DNA of 64,000 nt from the NCBI GenBank assembly GCA_902519235.1, contig CABYJE010000004.1:4331-68330 (forward strand). Direction: 5' to 3'. Shown here piece after piece: positions 11,459 to 21,966 of this stretch; position 1 is the stretch's first letter, and every line of letters begins with the position of its first letter. This DNA is from an uncultured Prochlorococcus sp. GTDB taxonomy: Bacteria > Cyanobacteriota > Cyanobacteriia > PCC-6307 > Cyanobiaceae. The notes beneath the pieces are model-generated. The model was not told the DNA's origin, searched no databases, and worked only from the letters and a program-made list of their open reading frames with translations. A program made the translations under genes and the position numbers.

Positions 11459-13261
11459 TTAAGACTTTTTATTGTACATTATTTCTGATTCGGAAATAAA
11501 TGTTTCCAACAATTTATCAGTACTAATTTTAAACTTAGTATTATTTATTCTAGATAAAAGTTCTACTTCTTTATTAACTGAATCTCTGCCAATAATTATC
11601 TGAAAAGGAATACCAATTAATTCCGCATCTTTAAATTTCACTCCAGCCCTATCTTTTCTGTCATCAAGAAGGACATCAATTTTATTAATTAAAAAGTTGT
11701 TATAAATTTGCTCAGTAAGTTCACTTTGAATAGGATCTTTTAGATTTGTTGGAATAATAATAACTTCAAAAGGAGAAATCTGGATAGGCCAACAAATCCC
11801 CTTTTGATCATGATTCTGTTCGATAGCAGCTTGAGCAATTCTTGTAACTCCTATTCCATAACAACCCATCCATAAATTTTTTAACTGACCATCCTTATCA
11901 GAGAACTTTGCATTTAATTTTTCACTATATTTTTGACCTAGTTGGAAAATATGTCCAATCTCGATACCTTTTTTTTCTTTAAGTTCCTCATCATTAGCAA
12001 TACTTACTTTATCTCCTTTTTTGGCATTCCTGATATCTCCAATTAGATAGTCTTTCGAAGCAAAAGAAAATTCTTGAAAAACTTTATGGAAATTAACTTT
12101 ATTCCCACCACTTATGAACTTTGAAAGCTCACTTGCAGAAGGATCAATTATTCTTGTCCATTTTTTTTCCCAACTAGAACTAGCTTTAATAGTCTTATTA
12201 TCTAAATCTGGACCGATAAAACCTAAGGGAAAATCAACTAGATTTTTTTCAATAGTATTTTTGTCTTCAATATTTTTGAGATTAATTAGATTGAAATTAT
12301 GATGTTTATTAATTAGGTTAAAAAGCTTTACTTCATTAATGTGTTGATCGCCTCTTATGCATGCAAGAATTGGGACCTCAAATTCACCTTCGAACTGTGC
12401 AAGGAATATTACTACTTTAATAATCTGACTAGGATCTAAATTATTGTTATCGCAAACTTCTAGGATTGTTTTTTGATGAGGTGTTTCCAACCACTCTGCA
12501 ATATTATTTTTTAGTGGAATAGGTTTAGAAGGTAAAGAAACAGCTTTTTCAATATTTGCAGCATAAGAACCACTTTGAGTAAACAAAATGGAATCTTCCC
12601 CAGTATCAGCAGTGACCATAAATTCTTTCGATGAAGCACCGCCAATTGCTCCACTATCAGCTTCAACCCCTACTGTCTCCAGTCCACAAGATTTAAAAAT
12701 GTTTTCATAGGCATTTCCCACCTTTTCATAGAAAGAAGCCAGATCTTTTTCTGAAGAATGAAAAGAATAACCATCTTTCATTATAAATTCTCTACTTCTC
12801 ATCAATCCAAACCTTGGCCTTATTTCATCCCTAAATTTTGTCTGAATTTGATAAAAACATTGAGGTAATTGCTTATAGGAGTTGATGGTCTCTGATGCAA
12901 TACTTGTGATCACCTCTTCGTGAGTTGGAGCTAAACCAAATTCTTTACCTTGTCTATCTTTTAGATTGAACATTATTCCTTCCCCAGCAGTATATCCTTC
13001 CCACCTTTCACTTTTTCTCCATAAATCTGCAGGATGAAGTTGGGGTAATAGTAATTTTGTACAGCCAATACTATTAAGTTCTCTCTCTATTATTGCGGAT
13101 ATTTTTTCAATAACTCTAAGCATTATTGGCATGTATGCATAAATACCGCTGTTAACTCTGCGAATATACCCAGCTTTTAAAAGTAATTGATGTGAAATGA
13201 TCTCAGCTTCAGAAGGTGTGTCACGAAGTGTCCCCAGAGGAAATGAGGTTGTCACGCGCAT
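11459..13261 (-). CDS. proS: Proline--tRNA ligase
   Basis: SHQLLLKAGY, PTHEE, KFRDEIRPRFGLMRSREF, GIEIGHIFQLG, MGCYGIG. Confidence 0.99.
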   Translation of the reverse strand: MRVTTSFPLGTLRDTPSEAEIISHQLLLKAGYIRRVNSGIYAYMPIMLRVIEKISAIIERELNSIGCTKLLLPQLHPADLWRKSERWEGYTAGEGIMFNLKDRQGKEFGLAPTHEEVITSIASETINSYKQLPQCFYQIQTKFRDEIRPRFGLMRSREFIMKDGYSFHSSEKDLASFYEKVGNAYENIFKSCGLETVGVEADSGAIGGASSKEFMVTADTGEDSILFTQSGSYAANIEKAVSLPSKPIPLKNNIAEWLETPHQKTILEVCDNNNLDPSQIIKVVIFLAQFEGEFEVPILACIRGDQHINEVKLFNLINKHHNFNLINLKNIEDKNTIEKNLVDFPLGFIGPDLDNKTIKASSSWEKKWTRIIDPSASELSKFISGGNKVNFHKVFQEFSFASKDYLIGDIRNAKKGDKVSIANDEELKEKKGIEIGHIFQLGQKYSEKLNAKFSDKDGQLKNLWMGCYGIGVTRIAQAAIEQNHDQKGICWPIQISPFEVIIIPTNLKDPIQSELTEQIYNNFLINKIDVLLDDRKDRAGVKFKDAELIGIPFQIIIGRDSVNKEVELLSRINNTKFKISTDKLLETFISESEIMYNKKS

Positions 13262-13435
13262 ACAAAAAAATCCTTAATAATATTTAATTTTATCAATTAA
13301 GGTGAAAAAATAATTTAAAGTGTCTTGAGTCCCTCAACGCGGCTAGTCTAAAAATATTGTTTCTGCTAACTTCTTCAGTAATGAAGTTCAAACTCTTTTA
13401 AAAGTTCATTATTACTAAAACATTTTCTTAAGTTT

Positions 13436-13786
13436 ATGGAAAATATAGATTCCAATATTTCTAGCGAAGAGGAATTAGTAGGTATTGATGAAGTTCAAAA
13501 ATTCCTAAACAGGTCAAGAGCATCTGTCTATAGGTATACAAATACAGATTTAAGAAATCTAAATCCTAGCTTTAATCCAAGAAAATTAAATCCCGAATAT
13601 AGAACTGATCAAAAAGATCCTTTAAAATTTCATCCTAATGAAGTAGCAAGATTTGCAAAAGACATTTTAAGAATTAAGGAAGTTACTGTAGAGGTCTTTA
13701 ATACTCCTTCCTCCGCTGCTCAAAATATTATGATACAAATCTTAGAGGAACTAAAATCTATTAGATCTTTACTAGAAAAAGAGTAA
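13436..13786 (+). CDS. Small DNA-binding protein with AlpA/excisionase-like helix-turn-helix
   Basis: LVGIDEVQKFLNRSRASVYRY resembles the HTH_17/AlpA pattern; C-terminal short coiled coil. Confidence 0.7.
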   Translation: MENIDSNISSEEELVGIDEVQKFLNRSRASVYRYTNTDLRNLNPSFNPRKLNPEYRTDQKDPLKFHPNEVARFAKDILRIKEVTVEVFNTPSSAAQNIMIQILEELKSIRSLLEKE

Positions 13787-13882
13787 TTAAAAAGTCACCA
13801 ATCAATGTTTTGATTTATTGACATTTTGAATGTAGGATAATGAAGTTAAATTATCTCATTGATCTTTACCAATTAAGAGTTC

Positions 13883-14137
13883 TTGAGTTACACGAAACCA
13901 AAGCAGTCTATTAAAACTAAATCAAGCGAAGAATCTTCTCTTGGTTCTGCTCGAAGTGACTTCGAAAGAGATGATGATGACCCTTTAAGTATAAGGAGTT
14001 TATCGATAACATCTTTGGGTATTATTTTTGCCACGTTGACAATTTTATTACCTTCAATAAGCGTTTTAATTGGAAGACCTTTATCTCAAGGAAACGAGAT
14101 AATTCATAATCACGATTTTAAAAAAGATGGACCTTAG
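13883..14137 (+). CDS. Small hypothetical single-pass membrane protein
   Basis: One hydrophobic helix (ITSLGIIFATLTILLPSISVLI); stop overlaps the ppa start region. Confidence 0.55.
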   Translation: MSYTKPKQSIKTKSSEESSLGSARSDFERDDDDPLSIRSLSITSLGIIFATLTILLPSISVLIGRPLSQGNEIIHNHDFKKDGP

Positions 14138-14675
14138 TTCAATACCTCCATCTCCAATGAAGGGAATAGTAAATATTGTTGTTGAAATACCTGCAGGGAG
14201 TAGGAATAAATACGAATATTGCTCTGATGCAGGAATAATGGCCTTAGACAGAGTATTGCATTCTTCAGTTAGGTACCCTTTTGATTATGGTTTTATTCCA
14301 AATACCCTCGCGGATGATGGGGCTCCTCTTGATGCAATGGTGATAATGGATGAGCCTACTTTTGCTGGTTGCTTAATAAAAGCTAGACCTATTGGAGTTT
14401 TGGATATGCATGATTGTGGTGCATATGATGGCAAACTTTTATGTGTGCCTATGGCTAATCCTAGGCAGGCTAATATTATGAGTATTAATCAAATTGCTCC
14501 TAATCAGCTTGAGGATGTTGCTGAATTTTTTAGAACAAGTAAAGGACTTGATGGAAGAACAGTTCAAATTGATGGCTGGAGGGATTTTGATGTGGTTGAA
14601 AATTTATTAAAAAGTTGTATACCCCTAAAAAAGAAAAACTTTAAAGTACTTAAGAAATCAAACATTAGTAAATAA
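14127..14675 (+). CDS. ppa: Inorganic pyrophosphatase (family I)
   Basis: VEIPAGSRNKYE, YGFIPNTLADDGAPLD motifs. Confidence 0.93.
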   Translation: MDLSSIPPSPMKGIVNIVVEIPAGSRNKYEYCSDAGIMALDRVLHSSVRYPFDYGFIPNTLADDGAPLDAMVIMDEPTFAGCLIKARPIGVLDMHDCGAYDGKLLCVPMANPRQANIMSINQIAPNQLEDVAEFFRTSKGLDGRTVQIDGWRDFDVVENLLKSCIPLKKKNFKVLKKSNISK

Positions 14676-14677
14676 AA

Positions 14678-15034
14678 TTGAAAAAAATAATTTTTTATAG
14701 TTATTTAAGATGCTCTACTTGCCGAAAAGCTACAAAGTGGCTTGAAATGAAAGATTTCGAATTTCAATTAATTGATATTGTAAAAGAACCACCACTTGTT
14801 GATTATTTAAATCTAGCTTTAGACCAATACTCTGATGATAAAAAAAGAATTTTTAATACAAGAGGTAAAGCCTTTAAGACTCTTAATCTTGATATTTATG
14901 GTTTATCAAGAGAAGAAATTATTCACCTTCTTTTAAGTGATGGCAAATTAATAAAAAGACCATTTTTGATTTACGAAGGGAAAAAGGTAATATTAGGTTT
15001 TAACGAAATTGAATATGCCAAACAATTAATATAA
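14678..15034 (+). CDS. ArsC/Spx/MgsR family protein
   Basis: CSTCRKA N-terminal CxxC, FNTRG, LIKRP motif. Confidence 0.85.
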   Translation: MKKIIFYSYLRCSTCRKATKWLEMKDFEFQLIDIVKEPPLVDYLNLALDQYSDDKKRIFNTRGKAFKTLNLDIYGLSREEIIHLLLSDGKLIKRPFLIYEGKKVILGFNEIEYAKQLI

Positions 15035-15062
15035 GTTTAAAAAATCAAGACTTTTAAATTTT

Positions 15063-15722
15063 ATGCCTGCTTCTATTAAAAGTTTTTTAAAAGAATGGGG
15101 TCTTCTTATTACATTAACTTTTTTTGTTTCTTCTTGTAGATCATTTTTCGCAGAACCACGTTATATCCCTTCTGGTTCAATGCTCCCAGAATTGCAAATA
15201 AATGATAGGTTAATTATTGAAAAATTTTCGCTAAGAAACTCCTTACCAAAAAGAGGAGATATTGTTGTTTTTAACTCACCTTACTCTTTTGACGAAAAAT
15301 TAATTTCATTAAGATCTAAGCCTTTACCAAAAAAAACATATTGTTTTTTTATGAGTTTTCCTCCCATTTCGTTTATTCCTGGTTTAAGAGATCAAGCTTG
15401 CGATGCTTATATTAAACGAGTGGTGGCACTTCCAGGAGAAATTGTGAGTGTGAATTCTAAGGGTGAATTAATAATAAATAATAAATTAATTGATGAACCT
15501 TATGTCTTTTATAAGTGCTCATTATCAATCTTTAATAAATGCGGTAAATTTGAAAACATAAAAGTTCCAGAAGATCATTTTTTAGTTTTAGGCGATAATA
15601 GGTCAAATAGCTGGGATGGAAGATATTGGCCTGGCAGCAAATTTCTTCATAAAAAAGATATAATTGGCAAAGCATATTTCAAATTCTGGCCACTTAGTCA
15701 AATTGGCTTTTTCAATAAATAA
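15063..15722 (+). CDS. lepB: Signal peptidase I
   Basis: IPSGSMLP (catalytic Ser), YIKRVV (Lys), GDNRSNSWDGR. Confidence 0.95.
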   Translation: MPASIKSFLKEWGLLITLTFFVSSCRSFFAEPRYIPSGSMLPELQINDRLIIEKFSLRNSLPKRGDIVVFNSPYSFDEKLISLRSKPLPKKTYCFFMSFPPISFIPGLRDQACDAYIKRVVALPGEIVSVNSKGELIINNKLIDEPYVFYKCSLSIFNKCGKFENIKVPEDHFLVLGDNRSNSWDGRYWPGSKFLHKKDIIGKAYFKFWPLSQIGFFNK

Positions 15723-15776
15723 AGCCTTTTTCTGCCTATGACTTCATCAAAATAAATTTTTTAAAAAGGTTTTGAT

Positions 15777-17105
15777 TTAAAGTGCTCCGGAAGCAGTTGA
15801 ATCAATTATTCCTCCTAGGTGTGTAGTAATGTTTAGAGCGCTAATCACAGGGAGCTTATTTGGATCATTAAAAAGATCAATTATTGTTATGCCGCCATTA
15901 CCTTGTTTTATCATCCAAATATTTGAATAATTAATCCCAAGGATATTGCAAATAAGAGTTTTATTGACCGCATCATGAGCAACCAGCAGACTTATATCAT
16001 TATCCTTTTGAGATAAACAAATTTTGTCAAAAGCTTCTACGGACCTTTCTGATACATCTTTTATAGATTCACCCTCTGGCATTATTACTTCTTCAGGTTT
16101 ATCATGCCAATTTTTTAGTAAAACAGGCCACTGTTCTCTAATTTCTGCTTCCAGTTTTCCCTCCCATAATCCGTGACTAATTTCTACAAGTGAATCTATT
16201 TTTTCTATTTTTAAATCTTTGTTTTTTTGAAGGATTATTTGTGCAGTCTCATAAGGCCTATGCATTGAACTTGAAAATGCCTTATTGAAAGAAATACTTT
16301 TTAAATATTCAAAAGTCTTTCTAGCTTGATCTTTTCCGTTTTCATTTAAAGGGATATCAATTTGGCCTTGAAATCTACCTTCTTTGTTCCAGTTAGTTTC
16401 ACCATGCCTTATTAGAAATATTCTGGAATCTCCAATTTGATTTGGAATATTTTTATTGAGATGGGAAGTTTGATTTAAGCATTCAATTTGGGTCTTAAAA
16501 GAGTTATCTTTTCTTGAAATATTGAGTATCGAGAAAGAAGCATTTTCTAATCTTATTTTCCTAAAACCTTGCTTAGGCTTTCCTAATAACGAGAGGATTA
16601 AACATCTTAGAATCGCATTATGTCCCACAACTAAAATATTTACATCATCTTTGTCTAGATAAATTTTAAAAATTTCTTCTACAAAATTTGTTGCTTGAAA
16701 AAATAACTCTTGAATTGGTTTATAAGCTTGATTGTCATTTCTTGTTAAGATTAGATTTTCTGGATCATTTTTCCATATAGGGTAAATTTCTGGAAATTTA
16801 TTTTTTATTTCATCAATTTTGAGACCAGACCATTCGCTAAGATCTACTTCTAGTAAATTATCATCGAATACAATATTTTGTTCTTTTTTGAAGGTCTTTT
16901 TAATTGTTTTTGCAGTCTCTGCAGCTCTCACAAGTGGGGAGGAATAGATTTTATCGAAGTTTATTTTTGATAATGCTTTTCCTGCTTTTCTGGCTTGTTC
17001 ATATCCTTCATCAGTTAATAATGAATCATCTGTTCTTCCTTGAATTAATCCTTTTGCATTGAAACTGCTTAGTCCGTGCCTAACCAAAACTAATCGTATA
17101 GTCAT
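15777..17105 (-). CDS. Two-domain histidine phosphatase (phosphoglycerate mutase/CobC family)
   Basis: Two RHG motifs (LVRHG...QG and LIRHGET...FQG), each with a downstream His (VGHN, VAHD). Confidence 0.88.
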   Translation of the reverse strand: MTIRLVLVRHGLSSFNAKGLIQGRTDDSLLTDEGYEQARKAGKALSKINFDKIYSSPLVRAAETAKTIKKTFKKEQNIVFDDNLLEVDLSEWSGLKIDEIKNKFPEIYPIWKNDPENLILTRNDNQAYKPIQELFFQATNFVEEIFKIYLDKDDVNILVVGHNAILRCLILSLLGKPKQGFRKIRLENASFSILNISRKDNSFKTQIECLNQTSHLNKNIPNQIGDSRIFLIRHGETNWNKEGRFQGQIDIPLNENGKDQARKTFEYLKSISFNKAFSSSMHRPYETAQIILQKNKDLKIEKIDSLVEISHGLWEGKLEAEIREQWPVLLKNWHDKPEEVIMPEGESIKDVSERSVEAFDKICLSQKDNDISLLVAHDAVNKTLICNILGINYSNIWMIKQGNGGITIIDLFNDPNKLPVISALNITTHLGGIIDSTASGAL

Positions 17106-17220
17106 TATATAATTTTGAAAATTAAGATAATTTAATCATCTCATGGCGTGATTAAATTAGATATAAAATATTAGAATCTTCAATAATAACTAAGTATAGT
17201 TTTCAACTATATTATGTGTT

Positions 17221-18582
17221 ATGAACTTTAAAAATATTTCTAAGTCAAAACTCTCTTTAGCTTTAATTTCTATCGTCATAACTTTTTTTGTATGGCAGCA
17301 AGGTTTAAGAGATAGTTTAAATAGACCATCTGTTTCATTTGATATAAGTCAAAAGGAGCTAGAAATTACTGAATTATCGGTCCAATCGATACCTGTTAAT
17401 CTTAAAAAATTTTTTATCATAAATAATCCTGTTGAACAAATAAATAAATCACTCTCTGAGGTTCCATTTGATGAATTAACAGAAAGAAATAAATTAATTC
17501 GAATAATTTCTTCAGAAACAAATGATCCCATAATCTATAAGAATATATCCAAAGATTTTGAAAATAAAAATTTTAAATTACTCATTTATGAGATAGAAAA
17601 AAAATCTAATAATAATTCATATAAACCAAATTCTGATAAATTTGATTTATTTAAAGGAGATAGATTTTTATATCACCTTTTAAGCCAGAAATTTGATTTT
17701 GACGATAGTTCATTAATAACAAAATCATTTTCAAGCAAAATGTTTTTAAAAATATTGGCAATCAGAATAATACCAATAGTTACAATTCTTGTTGGTTCAA
17801 TTCTGGCTTTAAAAATATTATGGACCACTATTTCTTTAAAAAAGTTTGGTTGGCAAGAAATTAAATCCTTAGATTTAGAACTGATAGATATGGTTTTATT
17901 AATTGCAGGAGGATTTGTTGTTTTAGGAGAAGTAGTATCACCTTTGTTTTCTATTAGTTTAGTTGAGCTTTTTTCTAAAAATATCCCTTATGAATTGTCT
18001 CAATCTTTAAAAATTTTCTTTGGATATCTTTTTATGGCTATTCCGCCACTAGGGATAGTTTATTATCAGATTAAATCTTTGAATGGGGAATTTAGTTTTA
18101 AAAAGGATTATTTACAGTTCAATTTCTTGCCAATAAAATATGCAATTATTCAGGGGATTAAAGGTTGGTTAACAATAGTCCCTTTTGTTTTATTGATTTC
18201 TCTAATTATGAATAGTTTGATCGAAAATCAGAATGGGAGTAACCCTTTGCTGGAAATTGTACTTAATAATAATAATTACTTATCATTTTTTCTATTATTT
18301 GTAACAACAACTCTCTTAGCTCCTTTATTTGAGGAGATTATATTTCGCGGTATTTTACTACCAACTCTCTCTAGAGATTTTGGAGTAATTTCGGGGATCA
18401 TAGTTTCAGGTTTTATCTTTGCATTGGCTCATTTAAGTTTGGGAGAAATGCCACCATTATTTGTACTAGGAATTGGATTGGGAATTACAAGAATTGCTTC
18501 AGGAAGTTTGTTTTCTTCAGTGATTATGCATTCTTTATGGAATGGATTGACTTTCTTAAATTTGTTCTTATTGAGGACATAA
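17221..18582 (+). CDS. CPBP (CAAX/Abi) family intramembrane protease
   Basis: EEIIFRG, FALAH, HSLWN motifs in a multi-TM C-terminus. Confidence 0.9.
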   Translation: MNFKNISKSKLSLALISIVITFFVWQQGLRDSLNRPSVSFDISQKELEITELSVQSIPVNLKKFFIINNPVEQINKSLSEVPFDELTERNKLIRIISSETNDPIIYKNISKDFENKNFKLLIYEIEKKSNNNSYKPNSDKFDLFKGDRFLYHLLSQKFDFDDSSLITKSFSSKMFLKILAIRIIPIVTILVGSILALKILWTTISLKKFGWQEIKSLDLELIDMVLLIAGGFVVLGEVVSPLFSISLVELFSKNIPYELSQSLKIFFGYLFMAIPPLGIVYYQIKSLNGEFSFKKDYLQFNFLPIKYAIIQGIKGWLTIVPFVLLISLIMNSLIENQNGSNPLLEIVLNNNNYLSFFLLFVTTTLLAPLFEEIIFRGILLPTLSRDFGVISGIIVSGFIFALAHLSLGEMPPLFVLGIGLGITRIASGSLFSSVIMHSLWNGLTFLNLFLLRT

Positions 18583-18664
18583 AGAATTTAATTTTTACTT
18601 GCGAATCAAACAAAAAGATGTTTATTTAATTAATAATACTTCTTTCATTTTAAAAAAATCATAG

Positions 18665-19093
18665 ATGAAACCTTATGGGAATCAACTTAATTTTCAAAAA
18701 AAAGTGGCATATGACAGTAAAAAAAAATCTGATAAAATATCCAAACTTAATATCAAATTAATACATCGAATTTTCGATACCACTAATGTCTCTCTTTTGG
18801 TATTGATTTTCACTTTATTTTTCTTATCTTTTGATAGTCAAAGGAAATGGTCAAATACATATAAAAGCTTATCTAAAACAAGAGCAATCAATAATAATCT
18901 CATTGATTATATTTCTAAAATTGAGGAATTTTATATTAGTGAACTTGAATCTCTCAGTATTTATAGAAAAACTAGACCTGAAGATCTAATCTATCTAAAT
19001 AAACTTGGAGAAGAAAAAGAAAGTTTATTAAAGAAAAATCTTAGTAGTTTAATTGAAGGTTTGAGTGATAGTAATTATCAAAGAGGATATTGA
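18665..19093 (+). CDS. Hypothetical bitopic membrane protein, FtsL-like architecture
   Basis: Basic N-terminus, one TM helix, helical/coiled-coil segment; stop overlaps ftsI start (TGATG). Confidence 0.6.
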   Translation: MKPYGNQLNFQKKVAYDSKKKSDKISKLNIKLIHRIFDTTNVSLLVLIFTLFFLSFDSQRKWSNTYKSLSKTRAINNNLIDYISKIEEFYISELESLSIYRKTRPEDLIYLNKLGEEKESLLKKNLSSLIEGLSDSNYQRGY

Positions 19094-20844
19094 TGAAAAA
19101 ATATAAAAAAATTGTTCATCTAATACCCCTTGATCAAAGAAGATTTAGATTTCTCTATATTTTTAGCCTACTATTAATATTCTGTTTGTTTGGTAGATTA
19201 GTTAACTTGCAAGTCTTCAAAGCCTCTGATTTGCAAAAGAAAGCTAGATTAATCCAGTCTTCTAAAACTAACTCCTTAAAAAAAAGGAGATCAATTGTCG
19301 ATAGAAATAATAGACTAATTGCTTACGATAAACCTCTATATAAATTATGGGCCCATCCAAAATATTTTAATTTCCCCGGTGATTCAATTAATAGAGTTCG
19401 CAGTATTGAAGAAGTTATAGAAAAATTGTCACCTATCTTAGATATTAACGATGAAATACTCTTGGGGAAATTTAATAATAAAATTAGTGGTATCAAGCTT
19501 TTGGATAAAATTTCTGAAGAAAAGGCAGAAAAGATTAAGAACCTTCAAATAAGCGGACTTGATTTGTTTAAATACTCGCAGAGATATTATCCACAAGGGG
19601 AGCTTTACTCTAATCTTGTCGGTTTTGTTAATGATGAGAATAAAGGATCAGCAGGACTAGAGCTTCATTTAGATAATCAAATTAAAGTTTTTAATAAAAG
19701 TAATTTAATAAAAAGAGGAGGAGATGGAACTCCACTGCCGGATAATTCAGCCCCAGGTGATTTTATTCCTGATTACAAAAGTTTAGGCTTAACTATAGAT
19801 TCAAAATTACAGAAAGCGTCATTTGAGGCATTGTCAAAGCAAGTAAGTAAATGGAGAGCAAAGAAGGGATTTGCCATAGTTATGGATGTAAATAATGGTC
19901 AGATTCTCTCCTTGGTTTCAGTCCCGTCATATGATCCAAATAAATTTTGGCATTATGATTCTGAACTCTTTAGGGGTTGGTATTCTCAAGATTTATTTGA
20001 GCCTGGTTCAACTTTTAAGCCTATTAATCTTGCCTTGGCATTAGAAGAAAAAGTAATACAGAAAGATGGATTTGTTGAAGATATTGGAAAGATTAATGTT
20101 GGAGGATGGACACTTTCTAATTGGGATAAAAAAGGTAATGGATACATTGACTATCCAAAAGTATTGCAGGTTTCAAGTAATGTTGGGATGGTAAAAATAA
20201 TGCAAAATTTAGATCCCAGAATTTATTGGGATTGGCTAAAAAATTTAGGTATAAATAAAAATTTAGAGACTGACTTATTTGAATCAACTGCTGGCCAACT
20301 AAAGAGAAAAGATCTATTTGTAAATCAATCAATTGAGCCTGCTGTAACTTCTTTTGGTAAAGGGTTCTCAATTTCGCCGCTTAAATTGGTTCAACTTCAT
20401 GCGGCAATAGCAAATGGGGGGTTTGAAGTAACTCCTCATGTTACCTCAACTTTCAAAGAAAGAGTTAATAAAAGTCCAAAAAAACAATTTTTTTCACAAG
20501 CGGTCTCTAAAACTGTTCTTGAATGGATGGAGAGCGTAGTTGAAAAAGGTAGTGGATCTGGAGTGAAAATCGAAGGTTATAGGATCGCTGGGAAAACGGG
20601 CACTTCTCAAAAAGCCTTAAATGGATCATATTCAAGTAAAAAAGTTTGTAGTTTTGTCGCTGCCTTACCAGTTAATGATCCGAAATATGTTGTCCTCGTA
20701 GTCGTCGATGAGCCATCTAAATCATATGCATATGGTTCAACTGTTGCTGTACCAGTTGCAAAAGCAATTATCGAGAGTTTGATAGTAATTGAAAAAATAC
20801 CTCCCAAAATTAAAGATCACGGAATGATTGTTAAAAAACCCTAA
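19093..20844 (+). CDS. ftsI: Class B penicillin-binding protein (FtsI/PBP3-type transpeptidase)
   Basis: EPGSTFK (SxxK), SSNVG (SxN), KTGT motifs; N-terminal TM anchor; ATG at 19093. Confidence 0.9.
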   Translation: MKKYKKIVHLIPLDQRRFRFLYIFSLLLIFCLFGRLVNLQVFKASDLQKKARLIQSSKTNSLKKRRSIVDRNNRLIAYDKPLYKLWAHPKYFNFPGDSINRVRSIEEVIEKLSPILDINDEILLGKFNNKISGIKLLDKISEEKAEKIKNLQISGLDLFKYSQRYYPQGELYSNLVGFVNDENKGSAGLELHLDNQIKVFNKSNLIKRGGDGTPLPDNSAPGDFIPDYKSLGLTIDSKLQKASFEALSKQVSKWRAKKGFAIVMDVNNGQILSLVSVPSYDPNKFWHYDSELFRGWYSQDLFEPGSTFKPINLALALEEKVIQKDGFVEDIGKINVGGWTLSNWDKKGNGYIDYPKVLQVSSNVGMVKIMQNLDPRIYWDWLKNLGINKNLETDLFESTAGQLKRKDLFVNQSIEPAVTSFGKGFSISPLKLVQLHAAIANGGFEVTPHVTSTFKERVNKSPKKQFFSQAVSKTVLEWMESVVEKGSGSGVKIEGYRIAGKTGTSQKALNGSYSSKKVCSFVAALPVNDPKYVVLVVVDEPSKSYAYGSTVAVPVAKAIIESLIVIEKIPPKIKDHGMIVKKP

Positions 20845-20909
20845 AATTTCCCTATTTTTTAAATATTTAGTTCATGATCTGATGATTTCATTAGGAATAA
20901 AAGCTAATT

Positions 20910-20924
20910 TATATATATATATAT
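20910..20924. repeat. (TA)7T dinucleotide tract upstream of tal
   Basis: tatatatatatatat read directly, ending 12 nt before the tal ATG. Confidence 0.9.
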
Positions 20925-20936
20925 GATTATCTAGAT

Positions 20937-21938
20937 ATGAAATCAATTTTAGAACAATTGTCCTCAATGACCGTTGTTGTTGCTGATACTGGAGATTTAG
21001 ATTCGATAAAAAAATTTCAACCAAGGGATGCCACCACCAATCCATCGCTAATACTTGCTGCTGCTAAGAATCCTGATTATGTGAAATTAATTGATAAAGC
21101 CTTAGAAAATTCAGAAAATGCGTTGCCCAAAGGATTCTCTGAAGTAGAGTTAATTAAAGAAACTGTAGACCAAGTTTCAGTATTTTTTGGAAAAGAAATA
21201 TTGAAAATTATTTCAGGGCGCGTATCTACAGAAGTTGATGCAAGACTGAGCTTTGACACTAAAGCTACGGTAGAAAAAGCGAGAAAATTGATCAACCTTT
21301 ACAAAAATTTTGGTATTGATAAGGAAAGAATTTTGATTAAGATAGCCGCAACTTGGGAAGGAATCAAAGCGGCTGAACTTTTGGAAAAAGAGGGTATTAA
21401 GTGCAACTTAACTTTACTTTTTAACTTCTGCCAAGCGGTAACTTGTGCCAATGCAAAGATAACTCTAATTTCTCCTTTCGTTGGCCGCATATTGGATTGG
21501 CATAAAGCAAAAACTGGTAAAACTAGCTTTGTTGGCGCTGAAGACCCTGGCGTTATTTCGGTTACACAAATTTATAATTACTTTAAACAAAAGGGATTCA
21601 AGACAGAAGTAATGGGAGCGAGTTTTAGAAATCTTGATGAAATAAAAGAATTAGCAGGTTGCGATCTTTTAACAATCGCACCAAAATTTCTTGAGGAACT
21701 TAAAAAAGAAAAAGGAGAGTTAGTAAGAAAATTAGATGTAAGTACCCAATTAAATAATTCTATTGACTACGAATTTGAAGAAAAAGATTTCAGATTAAGT
21801 ATGTTAGAAGATCAAATGGCAAGTGAAAAGCTTAGTGAAGGGATCACTGGATTCAGTAAGGCTATAGAAGAATTGGAAGAGCTGCTACTAAAGAGATATT
21901 CAGAGATTAAAAATAATAAATTGATTTCTGCTAACTAA
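20937..21938 (+). CDS. tal: Transaldolase
   Basis: [47 protein letters not shown]. Confidence 0.98.
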   Translation: MKSILEQLSSMTVVVADTGDLDSIKKFQPRDATTNPSLILAAAKNPDYVKLIDKALENSENALPKGFSEVELIKETVDQVSVFFGKEILKIISGRVSTEVDARLSFDTKATVEKARKLINLYKNFGIDKERILIKIAATWEGIKAAELLEKEGIKCNLTLLFNFCQAVTCANAKITLISPFVGRILDWHKAKTGKTSFVGAEDPGVISVTQIYNYFKQKGFKTEVMGASFRNLDEIKELAGCDLLTIAPKFLEELKKEKGELVRKLDVSTQLNNSIDYEFEEKDFRLSMLEDQMASEKLSEGITGFSKAIEELEELLLKRYSEIKNNKLISAN

Positions 21939-21966
21939 ATTAAATTTAAGTTCGAATTGAAAACAA

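Noticed and set aside
13436-14137. Mobile element (resolvase plus reverse transcriptase) interpretation of these two small genes
   Set aside because: No serine recombinase catalytic motif in the first gene; the second is 84 aa with one TM helix and no RT motifs; no terminal repeats
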